Shown here: positions 38,201 to 51,451 of the stretch, one piece after another
How the letters are laid out: each line of letters starts with the position of its first letter
Position numbering within the stretch: position 1 is the first letter of the stretch
Position numbers and translations under genes: made by a program
Notes under the pieces: generated by a model
The model's database searches: none
The model's input: only the letters and a program-made list of their open reading frames with translations
Told to the model about the DNA's origin: nothing
NCBI RefSeq assembly: GCF_035084215.1
Contig: NC_090340.1
Location: forward strand, 5,828,001 to 5,892,000
Reading direction: 5' to 3'
DNA from: Heptranchias perlo
Taxonomy: Eukaryota
DNA length: 64,000 nt

Positions 38201-38699
38201 TAACAGTTTAGTACCACTCCATTTTACGTTGGACGGGAGAGAGATAGACCAGATTGTTGACGCCAGGCGGTAAATAATATGGTGGGTTAGTCAGTAAGAT
38301 CTCCCAAAACCCTTCAGGAAACAACAGTTTACCTATAAACAGCTTAGCAAATTACTTGGCTTGTTTATGGATTTTTAAGGTTTAATGAAGGATTCACGTG
38401 TCATGTGTATGATTTTATTAATTGAAACACAAATAATCTGCAACATGTAAACATCAGTTGCAAGTGCCACAATAAATAATTTATTATTTATAGAATATTA
38501 TGAAGCTCAGTGATCTTGGGCTAGTCTATATTTTTCTTATTGGCTTATACAATATTTATTGTTTTTGCAACTTAAATAATGTATTAATTCTCTACTAGAT
38601 TACAGGTAAATGGTGTATACATTTCTGCAGTTTTATGCCGATTAGGTTTAGTATTACATGAGAAAGTGAACGAAGGGGAGTTGAAAGGTTCTGGTATAA

Positions 38700-39110
38700 G
38701 AAGCAAGAACTTGCATTTAATTAATGCTTTGCACAACCTCAGGATATCCCAAAGCGCCTCAAAACCATTGTAGTAATTTTGAAGTGTAGTAAGCGTTGTA
38801 ATGCATCAAATGCAGCAACCTTTTTTGCACTGAAATATACCACAAACAGCATTGAGATGAATCACCATATAATATATTTTCGTCATGTTTGTTGAGGGGT
38901 ACACGTTTGCCAGGGCACATGAAGATCTCCTCTGCTCTTCTTTAAATATTGTCATGGGATCTTTACGTGATCGAGCAGAAGGGACCTTGAATTATTGTCT
39001 CATCTGAAAAATGGTGCTTCGAACAGTCCAGCACTCCTTCAATACTGCACATATGTGTCAGCCTGGATTATGTGCCCAAATCTCTGGGTTGGTGCTTGAA
39101 CCCAGAGATC
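38700..39110 (-). mobile_element. DeuSINE-type SINE (SacSINE1-like)
   Basis: GTCTCATCTGAAAAATGG...CAGCACTCCTTCAATACTGCAC...TGTCAGCCTGGATT resembles the Deu domain; L2-like tail AACTTGCATTT at left and B-box-like CTTGAACCC at right. Confidence 0.7.
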
Positions 39111-39439
39111 TTCTAAGAATCTCTCTGGTCGCTCAAAGAACACATTTGTAATGTTACTGCTGCAAAACACACTCAAATTTAAATATTAGTTCACCCAACA
39201 AGTAATGTTGTTTTAACGAAGATTATATGAAGCACCCAAACGTGAATGTGTCTGTACTGTGAGAATAAAGGCAACGTAGAGTTGGTGGAAGCATTGTAAA
39301 CCCCCTGAATTATAGGCTGAGTAGCTGGGGGAAGCAAAACTGAGGTACTGTAGCAACACCACTGGTAGAAGGGTACAGTTACAGAGTGACAAATTTACAT
39401 AGACAGTTTCCATTATAAATGTGGAGATATGAATTTATA

Positions 39440-39762
39440 TTAGGAAAACGTATGAGAGTATGTTCTGGGACCGATTTGACCAAGAAGGTTTGAGAAGACA
39501 TTATCAGTGTTATATTCCTACCTGATAGTTTACACACTGGGAGAAAGTAAGAAAGTAAACAAATTTAAAGTGAGGTTTTGTACAAATATATGAAATCTTT
39601 TATGTATACGTTGAGACATTTGCTGCTTAGTTAAACTAAATCAGGAAGAATTATTGACGAAGTTAACTTTGTTGTGCTGATTGGTGACGTAACCAAGAGC
39701 TGTTTTCCTTGATAGCTTAACCCACTAAGCTCACTATTGTCCGTCTAAATCAAAGTTTTCAG
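39440..39762. repeat. Copy 2 of the segment at 1-330, cut off by a LINE
   Basis: Same orientation and colinear with 1-330; contains CTGATTGG (39677) directly followed by TGACGTAA (39685). Confidence 0.9.
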
Positions 39763-40218
39763 AGGGAGGGAAGGTCATTGATGAAGCAGCTGAAGATGGT
39801 TGGGCCTAGGACACTGTCCTGAGGAACTCCTGCAGCAATGCCCTGGGGCTGAGATGATTGGCCTCCAACAACCACTACCATCTTCCTTTGTGCTCGGTAT
39901 GACTCCAACCACTGGAGAGTTTTCCCCCTGATCGCCATTGACTTCAATTTTACTAGGGCTCCTTGGTGTCACACTCGGTCAAATGCTGCCTTGATGTCAA
40001 GGTCAGTCACTCTCATCTCACCTCTGGAATTCAGCACTTTTGTCCATGTTTGGATCAGAGCTGTAATGAGGTCTGGAGCCAAGTGGTCCTGGCGGAACCC
40101 AAACTGAGCATCGGTGAGCAGGTTATTGGTGAGTAAGTGCCGCTTGATAGCACTGTCGACGACACCTTCCACCTCTTTGCTGATGATTGAGAGTAGACTG
40201 ATGGGGCGGTAATTGGAT
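39763..40218 (-). mobile_element. LINE family B internal fragment
   Basis: GVPQDSVLGPTIFSCFINDL and QFGFRQDHLAPDL on the minus strand. Confidence 0.92.
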
Positions 40219-42048
40219 TAGATTAGCAGCCAACATAAAAATAATCCAAAAGCCTTCTACAGGCATGTAAACGGCAAACAGGTAGCAAGAGGAGGAGTGG
40301 GGCCGATTAGGTATCATAAAGAAGATCTACTCATTGAGGCAGAGGGGATGGCCGAGGTACTAGATGAGTACTTGGCATCTGTCTTTACCAAGGGAGAAGA
40401 TGCTGCCAGAGGCTCAGTAAAGGAAGATACAGTTGAGATACTGGATGGGATAAAAATTGATAGAGAAGAAGTACTTCAAAGGTTGGCTCTACTTAAAGTA
40501 GATAAATCACCTGGTCCGGATAAGATGCATCCTAGGTTGCTGAGGGAAATAAGGGTGGAAATTGCGACGATACTGGCCATAATCTTCCAAACATCCGTAG
40601 ATACGGGAGTGATGCCAGAGTGCTGGAGCATTGCCAATGTTACACCCTTGTTCAAAAAAATATGCAAGTGTAAACCCACCAACTATAGGCCAGTCATTTT
40701 AACCTTAATGGTGGGGAAACATTTAGAAAGGATAATCAGCGACAGAATTAACAATCACTTGGATGAGTGTGGATTGATTGGGGAAAGCCAGCACGGATTT
40801 GTTAAAGGCAAATTGTGTTTTACTAATCTGATAGTGTTTTTTGATGAGGTAACAGAGAGCAATGCAGTTGATGTGGTGTAATTGGACTTTCAAAAGGTGT
40901 TTGATATAGTGCTGCATGGTAGGCTTATCATCAAGATTGCGACCCATGGAATAAAGGGGGCGGTAGCAACATGGATATAGAATTGGCTAAGGGACAGGAA
41001 ACAGAGTAGTAGTGTACGGTTGTTTTTCGGAATTGGGGGAGGTGTACAGTGGTATTCCCCAAGGGTCTGTGCTGGGACCGCTGCTTTTCTTGAAATATAT
41101 TAATCACTTGGACTTGGGTGTACACGGCACAATTTCAAAATTTGCAGATGACACAAAACTCGGAAGGGTAGTAAACAGTGAGGAGGAGAGTGATAGACTT
41201 CAAGAGGATAGAGACAGTCTGGTGGCATGGGCGGACACGTGGCAGATGACATTTAACAGGAAAATGCGAAGTGATACATTTCGTTAGGAAGAATGAGGAG
41301 AGCCAAGATAAAGGGCACAACTCTAAAAGGTGTAGAGGAACAGAGAAATCTGGGGGTATATGTGCACAAATCGATGGAGGTGAAAGGGCTGGTTGAGAAA
41401 GCATTTAAAAAACATACGGGATCGTGGACTTTATAAATAGAGGCATAGGGTCACGATGAAACTTTATCAACCACTGATTCGGCCACAACTGGAGCATGGT
41501 ATCCAATTGTGGGCACCGCACTTTACGAAAGATGTGAAGGCTTTCGAGAGGGTGCAGAAGAGAATTATTAGAATCATTCCAGGAATGAGAGACTTTAGTT
41601 ACGTGGATAGACTGAAGAAGCTGGGATTGTTCGCCTTGGAACAGAGACGGTTGCGAGGAGATTTGATAGAGGTATTCAAAATCATGAAGGGTCTGGACAG
41701 GATAGATAGAGAGAAAGTGTTCCCATTGGCGGAAGGGTCAAGAATCAGAATACGTAGATTTAAGGTGTTTGGCAAAAGAACCAAAGGTGATCTGAGGAAA
41801 AACCTTTTTACACAGTGAGAAGTTAGGATCTGAAATGCACTGCTCGAGGGGGTGGTGGAGGCAGAATCAATCATGTCCTTCAAAACGGAACTGGATAAGT
41901 ACTTGAAAGGAAAAAAAATGCAGAGCTAAGTGGATAGGGCGGGGCAGTGGGACTAGCTAGATTGCTTTTGCGTAGAGCATGTGCGGCCTCGATGGGCCAA
42001 ATGGTCTGCTTCCGTGCTGTAACCATTCTATGATTCTATGATTCTATT
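40219..42048 (+). mobile_element. CR1 family A, 5'-truncated
   Basis: KSPGPDKMHPR, GIPQGSVLGP, FADDTKL; (ATTCTATG)n tail. Confidence 0.95.
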
Positions 42049-42049
42049 C

Positions 42050-42635
42050 TAAGATCTATCTAGCTAAAATATCTATCTAGCTATCTATCTATACACTATC
42101 TATCTATATAAATATATATATATATATATCTTCCAGCTATCATATATCTATTTATCTGTCATGAATCTCTCTTGTCACTCTCTCTCTCTCTCTTTAATCT
42201 CTCTATCATCTCTCTCTCCCTGTAATACCTCTCTTTTTCATTTCTCTGTCATCTCTCTGTCATTTCTCGCTCTCTCTATCATCTCCCTCTTTCTATCACC
42301 TCTCTCTCTATCATCTCTGTCTTTCTATCATCTGTCTCTCAATCATCTCTCTCGCTCTATCATCTCTTTTTCGATCATCTCTCTCTCTCCCGATAATCTC
42401 TTTCTTTTACATCTCTCTATCATCTCTCTCTCTCTGTCATTTCTCGCTCTCTCGATCATCTCCCTCTTTCTATCACCCCTCTCTCTATCATCTCTGTCTT
42501 TCTATCATCTATCTCTCAATCATCTCTCTCGCTCTATCACCTCTTTTTCTATCATCGCTCTCTATCATCTCTCTCGCTCATGCTATTATTTCTCTCTCTA
42601 TGATCTCTCTCTCTCATTCATCTCTCTAATCTACT
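42050..42635. repeat. Compound microsatellite/low-complexity tract ((ATCT)n, (TA)n, CT/ATC-rich) with an internal ~125-bp duplication
   Basis: ~42250-42380 is repeated at ~42430-42560. Confidence 0.9.
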
Positions 42636-43024
42636 TATCAGTTAACAAAATGAGGTGACAACTCAACAGCAGTCTTGTGTGATATATAATTTCACAATAT
42701 TACAAGGTATTAACGGATGTGAAAGACCATGAGACCCCTCTTCGTTCATCCGCCTGGGAATAGCCTAAAGCACTCCACTGCGGCATCTAATTGGTTGTTA
42801 ATGAATCCAGATTTTGTCCTCTATTGCTCTACCACGGACTCCTCTAGAGTGATCAATTGATAGAATGAAAATATTCCTGTTATCGGTTATCAATTTGTCT
42901 TTAACCCTTTGAATTTGTGCACTCTTGTCCTTCTCTCAATTTAGTTTGAAGTACTTTTCCAGATTTACCTTTTCCCTGCAATTAATTATTTTCTATATAT
43001 TATGAGATCACCTCATAGACATCT

Positions 43025-45210
43025 AGAGTAAAAATACATAATTGGAGGAGGGTCAATTTCAGTGGGTTGAGAACGGATCTGGCCCGTGTAAATTGGAGTC
43101 AAAGATTGGTAGGCAAAACTGTCACCGAACAATAGGCAGCCTTTAAAGAGAAGATGGTTTGGGTTCAGTCTAGGTGCATTCGCAAGAGGGGGTAAGGTAG
43201 GGCAACCAAAGCCAGAGCTCCCTGAATGAAGAAAGAGATAGAGAGCAAGATGAAGCAGAAAAAGGGAGCGTATGACAGATGTCAGGTTGATGATACAAGT
43301 GAGAACCAGGCTGAATATAGAACGTATAAAGGAGACGTGAAAAAGGAAATAAGAGGGGCAAAAAGAGAGTATGAGGATACACTGGCGGCTAGCAAAAAAG
43401 GGAACACAAATGTTTTCTATAGGCATACAAATGGTAAACCGGTAATAATAGGATGGATGGGGCAGCTTAGGGACCAAAATGGAGATCTACTCATTGAGGC
43501 AGAGGACATAGCTGAGGTAATAAATGAGTAATTTGTATCTGTCATTAACAAGGAAGAAGATGCTGCCAAAGTCACAGTAAGAGGGGAGGTAGTTGAGAAA
43601 CTGGCTGGGATGAAAAATCATAAGGAGGAGGTACCAGAAAGGCTGGTTGTGCTTCAAGTAGATGTCATCCGGTCTGGATGGGATGCATCCGAAGTTGCTG
43701 AGGAAAGTAAGAGTGGAAATTGCGGAGGTGCTGGCCAGAATCTTCCAATCCTCCTTAGATACGGGGGTGGTGCCAGAGGACGGGAGAATTTCAAATATTA
43801 AACCATTGTTCAAAACGGGGTTTAAGGATAAACCCGGCAAATGCAGGTCAGTCAATGTAACCTCGCTCGTGGGGAAGCTTTCAGAAAAGATAATCCGGGA
43901 CAAAATTAATGGTCACTTGATTAAGTTTGGGTTAATAAAGGAAAGATTTGTTAAAGGCAAATCGTGTTTAACTAACTTCATGAGTTTTTTGATGAGGTAA
44001 CAGAGAGATTTGATGAGGGCAAAACGTTTAATGTTGTGTACTTTCAAAAAGGCGTTTGATAAAGTGTCACATAATTGGCTTGTCAGCAAAATTTAAGCCC
44101 ATGGAATAAAAAGGGCAGTGGCAGCATGGATCGAAAGTGACTATGTGACAGGAAGCAGAGAGCAGTGGAGAACGGTTGTTTTTCGGACTGGAGGAAGGTT
44201 TACAATGGTGTTCCCCAGGGGTCGGTGGTAGGACCACTGCTTTTTTGGTATATATTATTGACTTGGACTTGGGTATAGAGGGCACAATTCCAAAATTTTT
44301 AGATGAAACAAAACTTGGAAGTGTGGTAAACAGTAAAGAGGATAGTAATAGACTTCACGAGGACATAGACAGGATTGTGCAATGGGCGGACACATGGCAG
44401 ATCAAATTTAATACAGAAAAGTGCGAAGTGATACATTTTGGCAGGAAGAATGAGTAGAGGCAATATAAACTAAATGGTACAATTCTATAAGGGCCTGCAG
44501 CTACATGAAGCCTTGAGGGTATATGTGCACAAATCTTTGAAGGTGGCAGAACAGGTTGAGAAAGTTGATAAAAAGTATGTGGAATAATGGGCTTTATCAA
44601 TGGAGCCATTGAGTACCAAAGCAAGGAAGTTATGTTGAATCCTCATAAAGCACTGGTTCTACCACACCTGGAGTATTGGGTCCAATTCTGGATACCATAC
44701 TTAAGGAAGGTGGTGAAGACGCAGAAAACATTTACTAGAATGGTTCCAGGGTTGAGGGACTTCAGTTACGTAGATAGACTGGAGAAGCTGGGGTTGTTCT
44801 TCTTAGAGCAGAGAAGGTTAAGAGGAGATTCGATAGAAGTGTTCAAAATCATGAAAGGTTTAGTTAATTAAATAAAGAGAAACGGTTCCCTTTAGCGGAC
44901 GGGTCGAGAACCAGAAGGCACAGATTTCATGTGATTGGCAAAAGAACCGAAAGCGAAGTGAGGACAAACTTTTTTTACGCAGCGAGTAGTTATAATCTGG
45001 AATGTATTACCTGAAAGGGTGATGGTGACAGATTCAATCTTGGCTTTAAAATGGAATTGCATCAATATTTGAAGGGAGAAATTTGCAGGACTACGGGGAG
45101 AGAGCAGGGGAATGGGCCCAACTGGATTGCTCTTCCAAAGAGCAGCACAGGCTCAATGGGCCGAATGGTCTCCTTCTGTGCTGTAACGATTTTATGATTC
45201 TATGATTCCA
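43025..45210 (+). mobile_element. CR1 family A, 5'-truncated
   Basis: GLDGMHPKLL, KFLDETKLG, LEYWVQFW; ATGATTCTATGATT tail. Confidence 0.95.
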
Positions 45211-45214
45211 TACT

Positions 45215-45860
45215 TTATTTTAAGGCTAAGAAGCGCACGCTTCTTCATTGTTTCTATCATTACTCAGGCCTATAATACTCATGCGTTATCCCTGCTCCGC
45301 CTCTCATAGTTGAATGCCTCCTCTGTTTCTCGAATGTTCAGAACTGCACATAATACTCAAGATGCAGTCTGACCAGCGCACTCCACCATTTGACCTTGAC
45401 TTTCTGTGAATTGTGCTCTATTGTTTTGACTATACAGTTCAACATTGTCTGAGCTTTTTGATTGCTGCTCTTCAATGGTTGGAGTATTAATTCTACTAGG
45501 ACTCCTCGACCTGTTTCAAATTTATCCTTAGCGATTTCGCCAGCGTTCATGCAGTATGTTACCCATTTTTCTTTCCTGCGTTCAGTGCTTTGCACTTTAT
45601 TTTTATATCCCATTTAATGATATCTGCCATTGTTCTAAGTTTCAGGCAGTTGTTTAGTCTTTCTAAAATTTTAACCTGAATTATCATATCCTTGATCTTA
45701 GCGAATTCTTTCCTGTGTAGAACCTTGTTTACTGTCTTTTGGAAGCCTATGTACACCACATAATTTGCCTTTTCACAATTTACTTCACGTGCAGCTTCCC
45801 CAACAAGATTGAGGAGTTTGGTCAATTAGGATTTCCCCCTTCTGAAACCATGAGTCAACC
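45215..45860 (-). mobile_element. Old CR1 fragment
   Basis: ALVRLHLEYYVQF and YIGFQKTVNKV on the minus strand. Confidence 0.8.
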
Positions 45861-47289
45861 ATGACTATTGTTTAGTAGGTTATTATTTACAAATAATTAC
45901 ATTTATTCCTGATTATTCAATGTTGATGTGGTACTGAAGCGAGACTACTGATTATATGAACTGCCTCTGACACCCACTGATGGATAGTTTACATTTATGT
46001 TGTATTTATGCAGGACCAAGTAACACTCAAGCACAATTGATATAGACATTGAAATACAACAAAAATACTTCACGTCCACACAGATTTAAAACAATAACAA
46101 CACATTTAAGCATGCAAATTATATGGAAATATTTGTTTGCAAGCACAATAGTTACCTGTGAAATGAGTAGATGCGTTAACTTAACCCATTTAAAATAATG
46201 TTGCATAAATAAATTTCATATGGATGCATCAAATTTTCATACACTAATACATCCTGGTGTAATGGGAAGGAAAATTAGAGTTGAGGTGAATATGCCTGAA
46301 GGACAATGCTCCTTTTATGAGTTTATTGTTTTCTCTTCATTTGGAATAAGTCCATTGCATATTTTTCTGTTGGCCTTTTACTGGAGTAGTAGATCGAGTC
46401 TGTAAGTGCAATTCACTAAGATAACTGTAGTTCTCAGCTTAGCATAACCCTAATCCAAACAAGGCATGCAGGTGCACTAAATCGCTTCCCACCCACTATC
46501 CTTCATGCAGTTCAATGGAAGCTCAACCCATGAACACTCATGACCTGTAATTGCACCAGACCAGCTCTTTTCATCTCATTATATACAGTTCGAGAACAGA
46601 AATCTTATCCCATCTATGACAATTCAATGAAACATGGATCAGGAAAATCGCTCCTCACTGTATCCCACAATAACAAATGTAAAGTTAGGTATGAATTTTT
46701 AATGGAAATATCCTAATCCATTAAAATAAGGTTCTTCCATGTACAGCATTTTTAATCCTCAATAGCCTGAAAATTGTCAGTTCAATAGATATCAGTCACA
46801 TTCAGCTACTTAACAACTTTTTACTAAAATAATTATGTTCTGTACAGTAACTCCTTTCAAATTTAGATTCAATTAGTACCCGAGGGACCAGGAGACAAGG
46901 TATCTATTTTAACAATGGTCAAATAATTTAATGCCCTCCTCCGCATTACTTCCTCTGTGTTCATTTCCAAATGATTTACTATTATCGAAAACAATGGCGG
47001 TCATGTCACAGATCATGTGGGGAGGTCCAAGTATTCTGAGAAGCAATAATTTACTGCCATTCGCTGCTTTCTATCCTTCAGCCATCGCCTAACTACTGCA
47101 GATTATCTTGATGAATCTCTTTTTTCAAAGTGCACATATCACTAGCACCATTTTGCTTTTATCGACTCCTAATTTCGTCTAAAGCACTTGATCGACTTAA
47201 TGTTTACACATCTGTCTTGATTGTCCTTGGATAGCCCTTTCTATGTGGTCAGCGATGCTACCTTTTATTATGGCCTTTAACAGTTTTGT

Positions 47290-47545
47290 CACTAATGGAG
47301 ACTGTGCCTTTCGCTTTCTAGGCCCTAAGCTCTGGAATTCCCTCCCTAAACCTCTAGCCGCTCCACCTCTCCTCCTTTCAGACCCTCTTTAACACTTACC
47401 TCTTTGACCAAGCTTTTGGTTAAAAGTCCTCTTGCCTCCTTCATTGGATTGATGTAATTTTTTGACAGATCACTCTCCTGTGAAGCAACTTTGGATGTTT
47501 TACTACGTTAAAGATGCGTTATGAATGCAAATTGTGGTTGTTATC
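47290..47545 (+). mobile_element. L2-type LINE 3' end
   Basis: GCCCTAAGCTCTGGAATTCCCTCCC...CTCTTTGACCAAGCTTTTGG...TGTGAAGC...ATGAATGCAAATTGTGGTTGTT. Confidence 0.75.
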
Positions 47546-48144
47546 GATGTGTAGCTAACTGGTCTACACATTCCCAGTTTGTGCACTGTCAGATTATGAA
47601 CAGGACTTCAACATTTTCCATCCTCTAGCCCTTTGGTACAATTCCTTTAGGGGGGAAAATAAAATGATGGTTAGTACTTCTGTTATTTCCTGACAGACTT
47701 CGATCAGTTTTCAGGAGTGTAGGTTGCCTAAATGTTATGACATTATTACATTTCACTATTATATCCTTTGTCGTATTTGTATGTAATTAATGTTCCTTCA
47801 CATCGGCCTCTGGCTCTCCTGGTGAACCTCGTTCGCACTCCTTTGGAAATATGGAGGCAAAATATTTATTAAAGGTCTCTGGCATTTGTTTATTTGCTAA
47901 TGGTAAATTGTCATCTGCCTCCCTTAGTGGTGCCCCTCTTTCTGTGGATTTCCCTTTGCTTTTCATGTATATGCTTAGACAAACCCCTGTTATTATCCAT
48001 TAAGCCGACCCCGAGTCTTCACTCACCGCCTTTCAAAGGCTTCTGAATCTTTTTGTATTGTCCTCCACGATTTTGGCATTGCCCATGGGATGTTTATTTA
48101 TTATTGCTTTTACCTGCATTTTGTGCCTCCTCATTAGACATCAT

Positions 48145-49325
48145 GGGGTAGATTTTCAACTTGCAGCCCGTGCTTAAAACTGGCGCTGCGTATCTGTCGC
48201 ACGTTGTAGAAATCACCTGATTTTTATTTCTATTAAATTCAATGGAAATTAAATTCTGCGGTTTATAAACGGGTGGCTGTTCTGCAACTCAGTTTTGTTG
48301 CTGAAGTAGCAAGTTGTAAATCTACCCCATTCATTTCAGGTGGCTCAATTTTGCCGGTCATTGCCCAGAAGCAGATATTGCACTGCCGCCTTCCTTTCTA
48401 AACTAGTAACAGCTAAATTCTATTAAAGTCATCAATACATTCTGCTGAAGCAGATGGCTTTGTGTTGCAATCCCTCCCTTTAATGGTCATTGTTTTCTGT
48501 TGAACAGTGAGGATAGGTGGGAAATATTTGGAAAATGTTAAAGTGTAAAACCGAATAAATTTCAATGATTTCAGTGGAAATGAAAAACGGGCAGTTTTTA
48601 TAACGATCGGCCAATCCGCAACACCAACTTTACACCCCTGCAGCAAGTTGAAAATCCCAGCTTATGTCTGCCGTCCAATATGAACGTGTTTATGTGCAGA
48701 TCTAAGGTTATTTTGAGGAACACAAGCGTAGACATTAACGCTGGTCGTATTAAATTGAGAAAGAGCTATAAAATTGTATGCCAAGTAACTCATGTGTCCC
48801 TTATCCATTTACAATTATTGCCAAATAGCTGGAAAAGTTGCGAGGTAGAGTTAAATTTCCCCCACTAGTTGCAAAACTGGGTAACAGATCAGTGGCCTGG
48901 TAAACGCCCCGCCCGAATTCCGTTGGAAATCAATGGACATGGATATCGGGTGGTTTCTATCACGGGCGGAGGAACGGTCAGGGCAGTTTTACACGAGTCA
49001 TGACGATTGGACAGCCCGTTTTACATTCTACCTGGTTTTCTTTTCCATTGGTAATAATTTTAACTTTGATAATAGTGTAAAACAGGTGATATCCGATGGA
49101 CTTCCATTATACACTTTTCCCCATTTTCCTTTCAGTAAATCGAGACGAATATCGGGAAAGATGTGTAACGGGCGGCTGAACCCATTAAGCCTTTCTCACC
49201 ATATTGCCGAAAGTTAGCTCCCTCCCCCATTGACTTCAATGCAATAGAAACTCGGACAAAGAGTAAAATAGGCCTATGATTCGCTATGGCCAGTTCTGAC
49301 GACCGCCCAAGACCAATTTAACCCA
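48145..49325. mobile_element. Cluster of ~4-5 short palindromic MITE-like elements
   Basis: Best copy 48145-48328 has termini GGGGTAGATTT...AAATCTACCCC and a central TTCAATGGAA; related units at ~48520-48660, ~48842-49033 and ~49050-49325 (CCATTGACTTCAATG core). Confidence 0.7.
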
Positions 49326-49389
49326 ATAGTTCGTTATTTTTGTAAAATGCACCAAATTGCTGGGCTCAGAGTATGAAACATACGTTGTA

Positions 49390-50875
49390 GCTGAGCCAAC
49401 ATATTAGTTTTGGAGATTGATAAGGAATATGATGCCTTTTGGAGATTCAGAATAAAACTTGGACATAATAAAGAAGGTCAGGAAAGAAATAGCAGAGTTA
49501 CTAATACATACATACAAAAATTCATTAGAAAAGGGAATATTGCCAGATGATTGGCGGACAGCCAACGTGATTGCTTTACTTAAAGCGGGGTGGGGTGGGG
49601 GGGGTGTGCTAGAACAAATCCAGGGAACCATAGACCAATTAGCTCAACGCAGTGGTAGGAAAGATAATGGAAACCTTACTCCAAAATGTAATAGAAAAAC
49701 ATCTCGAAACGTAAAACGTAATAAAGAATAGTCAGGACGGATTTCGAAAGGGAAGGTAATGCTTGACCAAACTTATTGGATTATTTGAAGAAATAACAGA
49801 AAGAGTAGGCAAGGGTAATATAGTATATGTAATAGATTTGCATTTTCAAAAGGCCTTCTATAAAGTACCGCATAGTAGACTCATGTCTAAGGTCAGAGCA
49901 TATGGAGGCAGTAGGCAAGTAGCAGAATGGATAGCAAGCATGCTACAAAACTGTAAAAAGATAGTAGGGGTTAAAGGTAGTCACTCAGACTGGCAAACTG
50001 TGGGAAGTGGTGTTCCACAAGGATCGGTGCTGGGATCATTATAGTTCAGCATTTACATAAATGATTTGGACTCAGGAATCAGAAGTACAATTTCAAAATT
50101 TGCAGGCACCAAATTGGGGGGCATATTTAATGTCGAGGAGGATTGCGACAAAATGCAGGAAGACATCAATAAACTTGCAGAATGGACGTGTAATTGGCAA
50201 ATGAATTTCAATAGAGATAAGTCTGAGGTGGTACTTTTTGGTAGGAAGAATAAGGCCGCCTCAAGCTCCTTGGAAAACAAGAGTCTAAATGGGGTAGAGG
50301 AGCAAAGGATCTGGGGGTACAGTTACACAATTATTAAAAGTAGCGATTCAGGTTAATCAGCAGGTAAAAAAGCAAAAAAACAAAAGCACTGAGGTTCATT
50401 TCTAGAGGGGTACCGGATCTGAGAGCTTAAACCTAACAGGAAGGATTGAACAGGCTGGAGCTCTTTTCCCTAGAAAAGAGAAGACTGAGCGGAGATCTGA
50501 AAGAATTATGATTTAAGATTATGAAAGGGTTTGACAGGGCAGATGTGGAGAAGATGTTTCCATTTGTGGGGAGACCAGAAATGGGGGCCATAAATATATG
50601 ATAGCCACTAATAAATCCAATAGGGAATTCAGGAGAATCTTCTTTACCAGAAAGGTACGAATGTGAAACTCGCTACTGCAAGGAGTAGCTGAGGCGACGA
50701 ACTTAGATGCATTTAAGGGGAAGATAGATAAATACATGAGAGGGAAAGGGATAGAAGGATATGTTCATGAGGTTAGATGAAGAAGGGTGGCAGGAGATTC
50801 GTGTAGACCATAAACACTGGCATGGACCCGTTGGGCCGAATGGCCTGTTTCTGTGCTGTACATTCTATGTAATTC
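49390..50875 (+). mobile_element. CR1 LINE, 5'-truncated
   Basis: WRTANVIAL, GVPQGSVLG, SKFAGTKLGG; 3' end GGGCCGAATGGCCTGTTTCTGTGCTGTA. Confidence 0.92.
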
Positions 50876-51451
50876 TTATAATATAAATCGATTTTTCTGT
50901 CAATTTCCGTTGGCATTAATAATGGTTCATGGATTATGGTTTCAATGCTGGTAAAATGTCGATAATCCGACAGACATCTGCTACATACCGTGAGAACTCA
51001 GCAGGGACCTATTAGAATATTCGAAGAAAGCAACAGGTTGGTACAGTTCTTTCAATATACTATCATATTGGTGAGCTCGGTAAACAAAATAGAATCTATG
51101 CTTGTCGAAAACCATCAAAGTCATTGTTCATGGACCACAAGTAAACTGGAGTCAAATATAAGGCAGATCGAATGGAGGTGTCCGGCTTCCTTGCCTGAAA
51201 ATATTAGTGGGCCAGTTGAGCTGAGTTTTTACAACAACTTCAAACTTTTCAAGGTGCTGGATAGAATATTGGGGTGTATTTTCACGTTTACCACTGAAAG
51301 GTAAATCGGGCAGTGTGCAAGTGACAATTCACCTCCTGGAATTTTATTTGGGGGATGTTAATTAAGGTCAGTTGTTCGAACTTTTAACACGGGCTATTAT
51401 TCTAATGATATTTAGTTCTGACGCAATTACATGGGAATCTTCATGTAACTT

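Noticed and set aside
42161-42658. 165-aa Leu/Ser-rich ORF
   Set aside because: It is the translation of a CT/ATC microsatellite.
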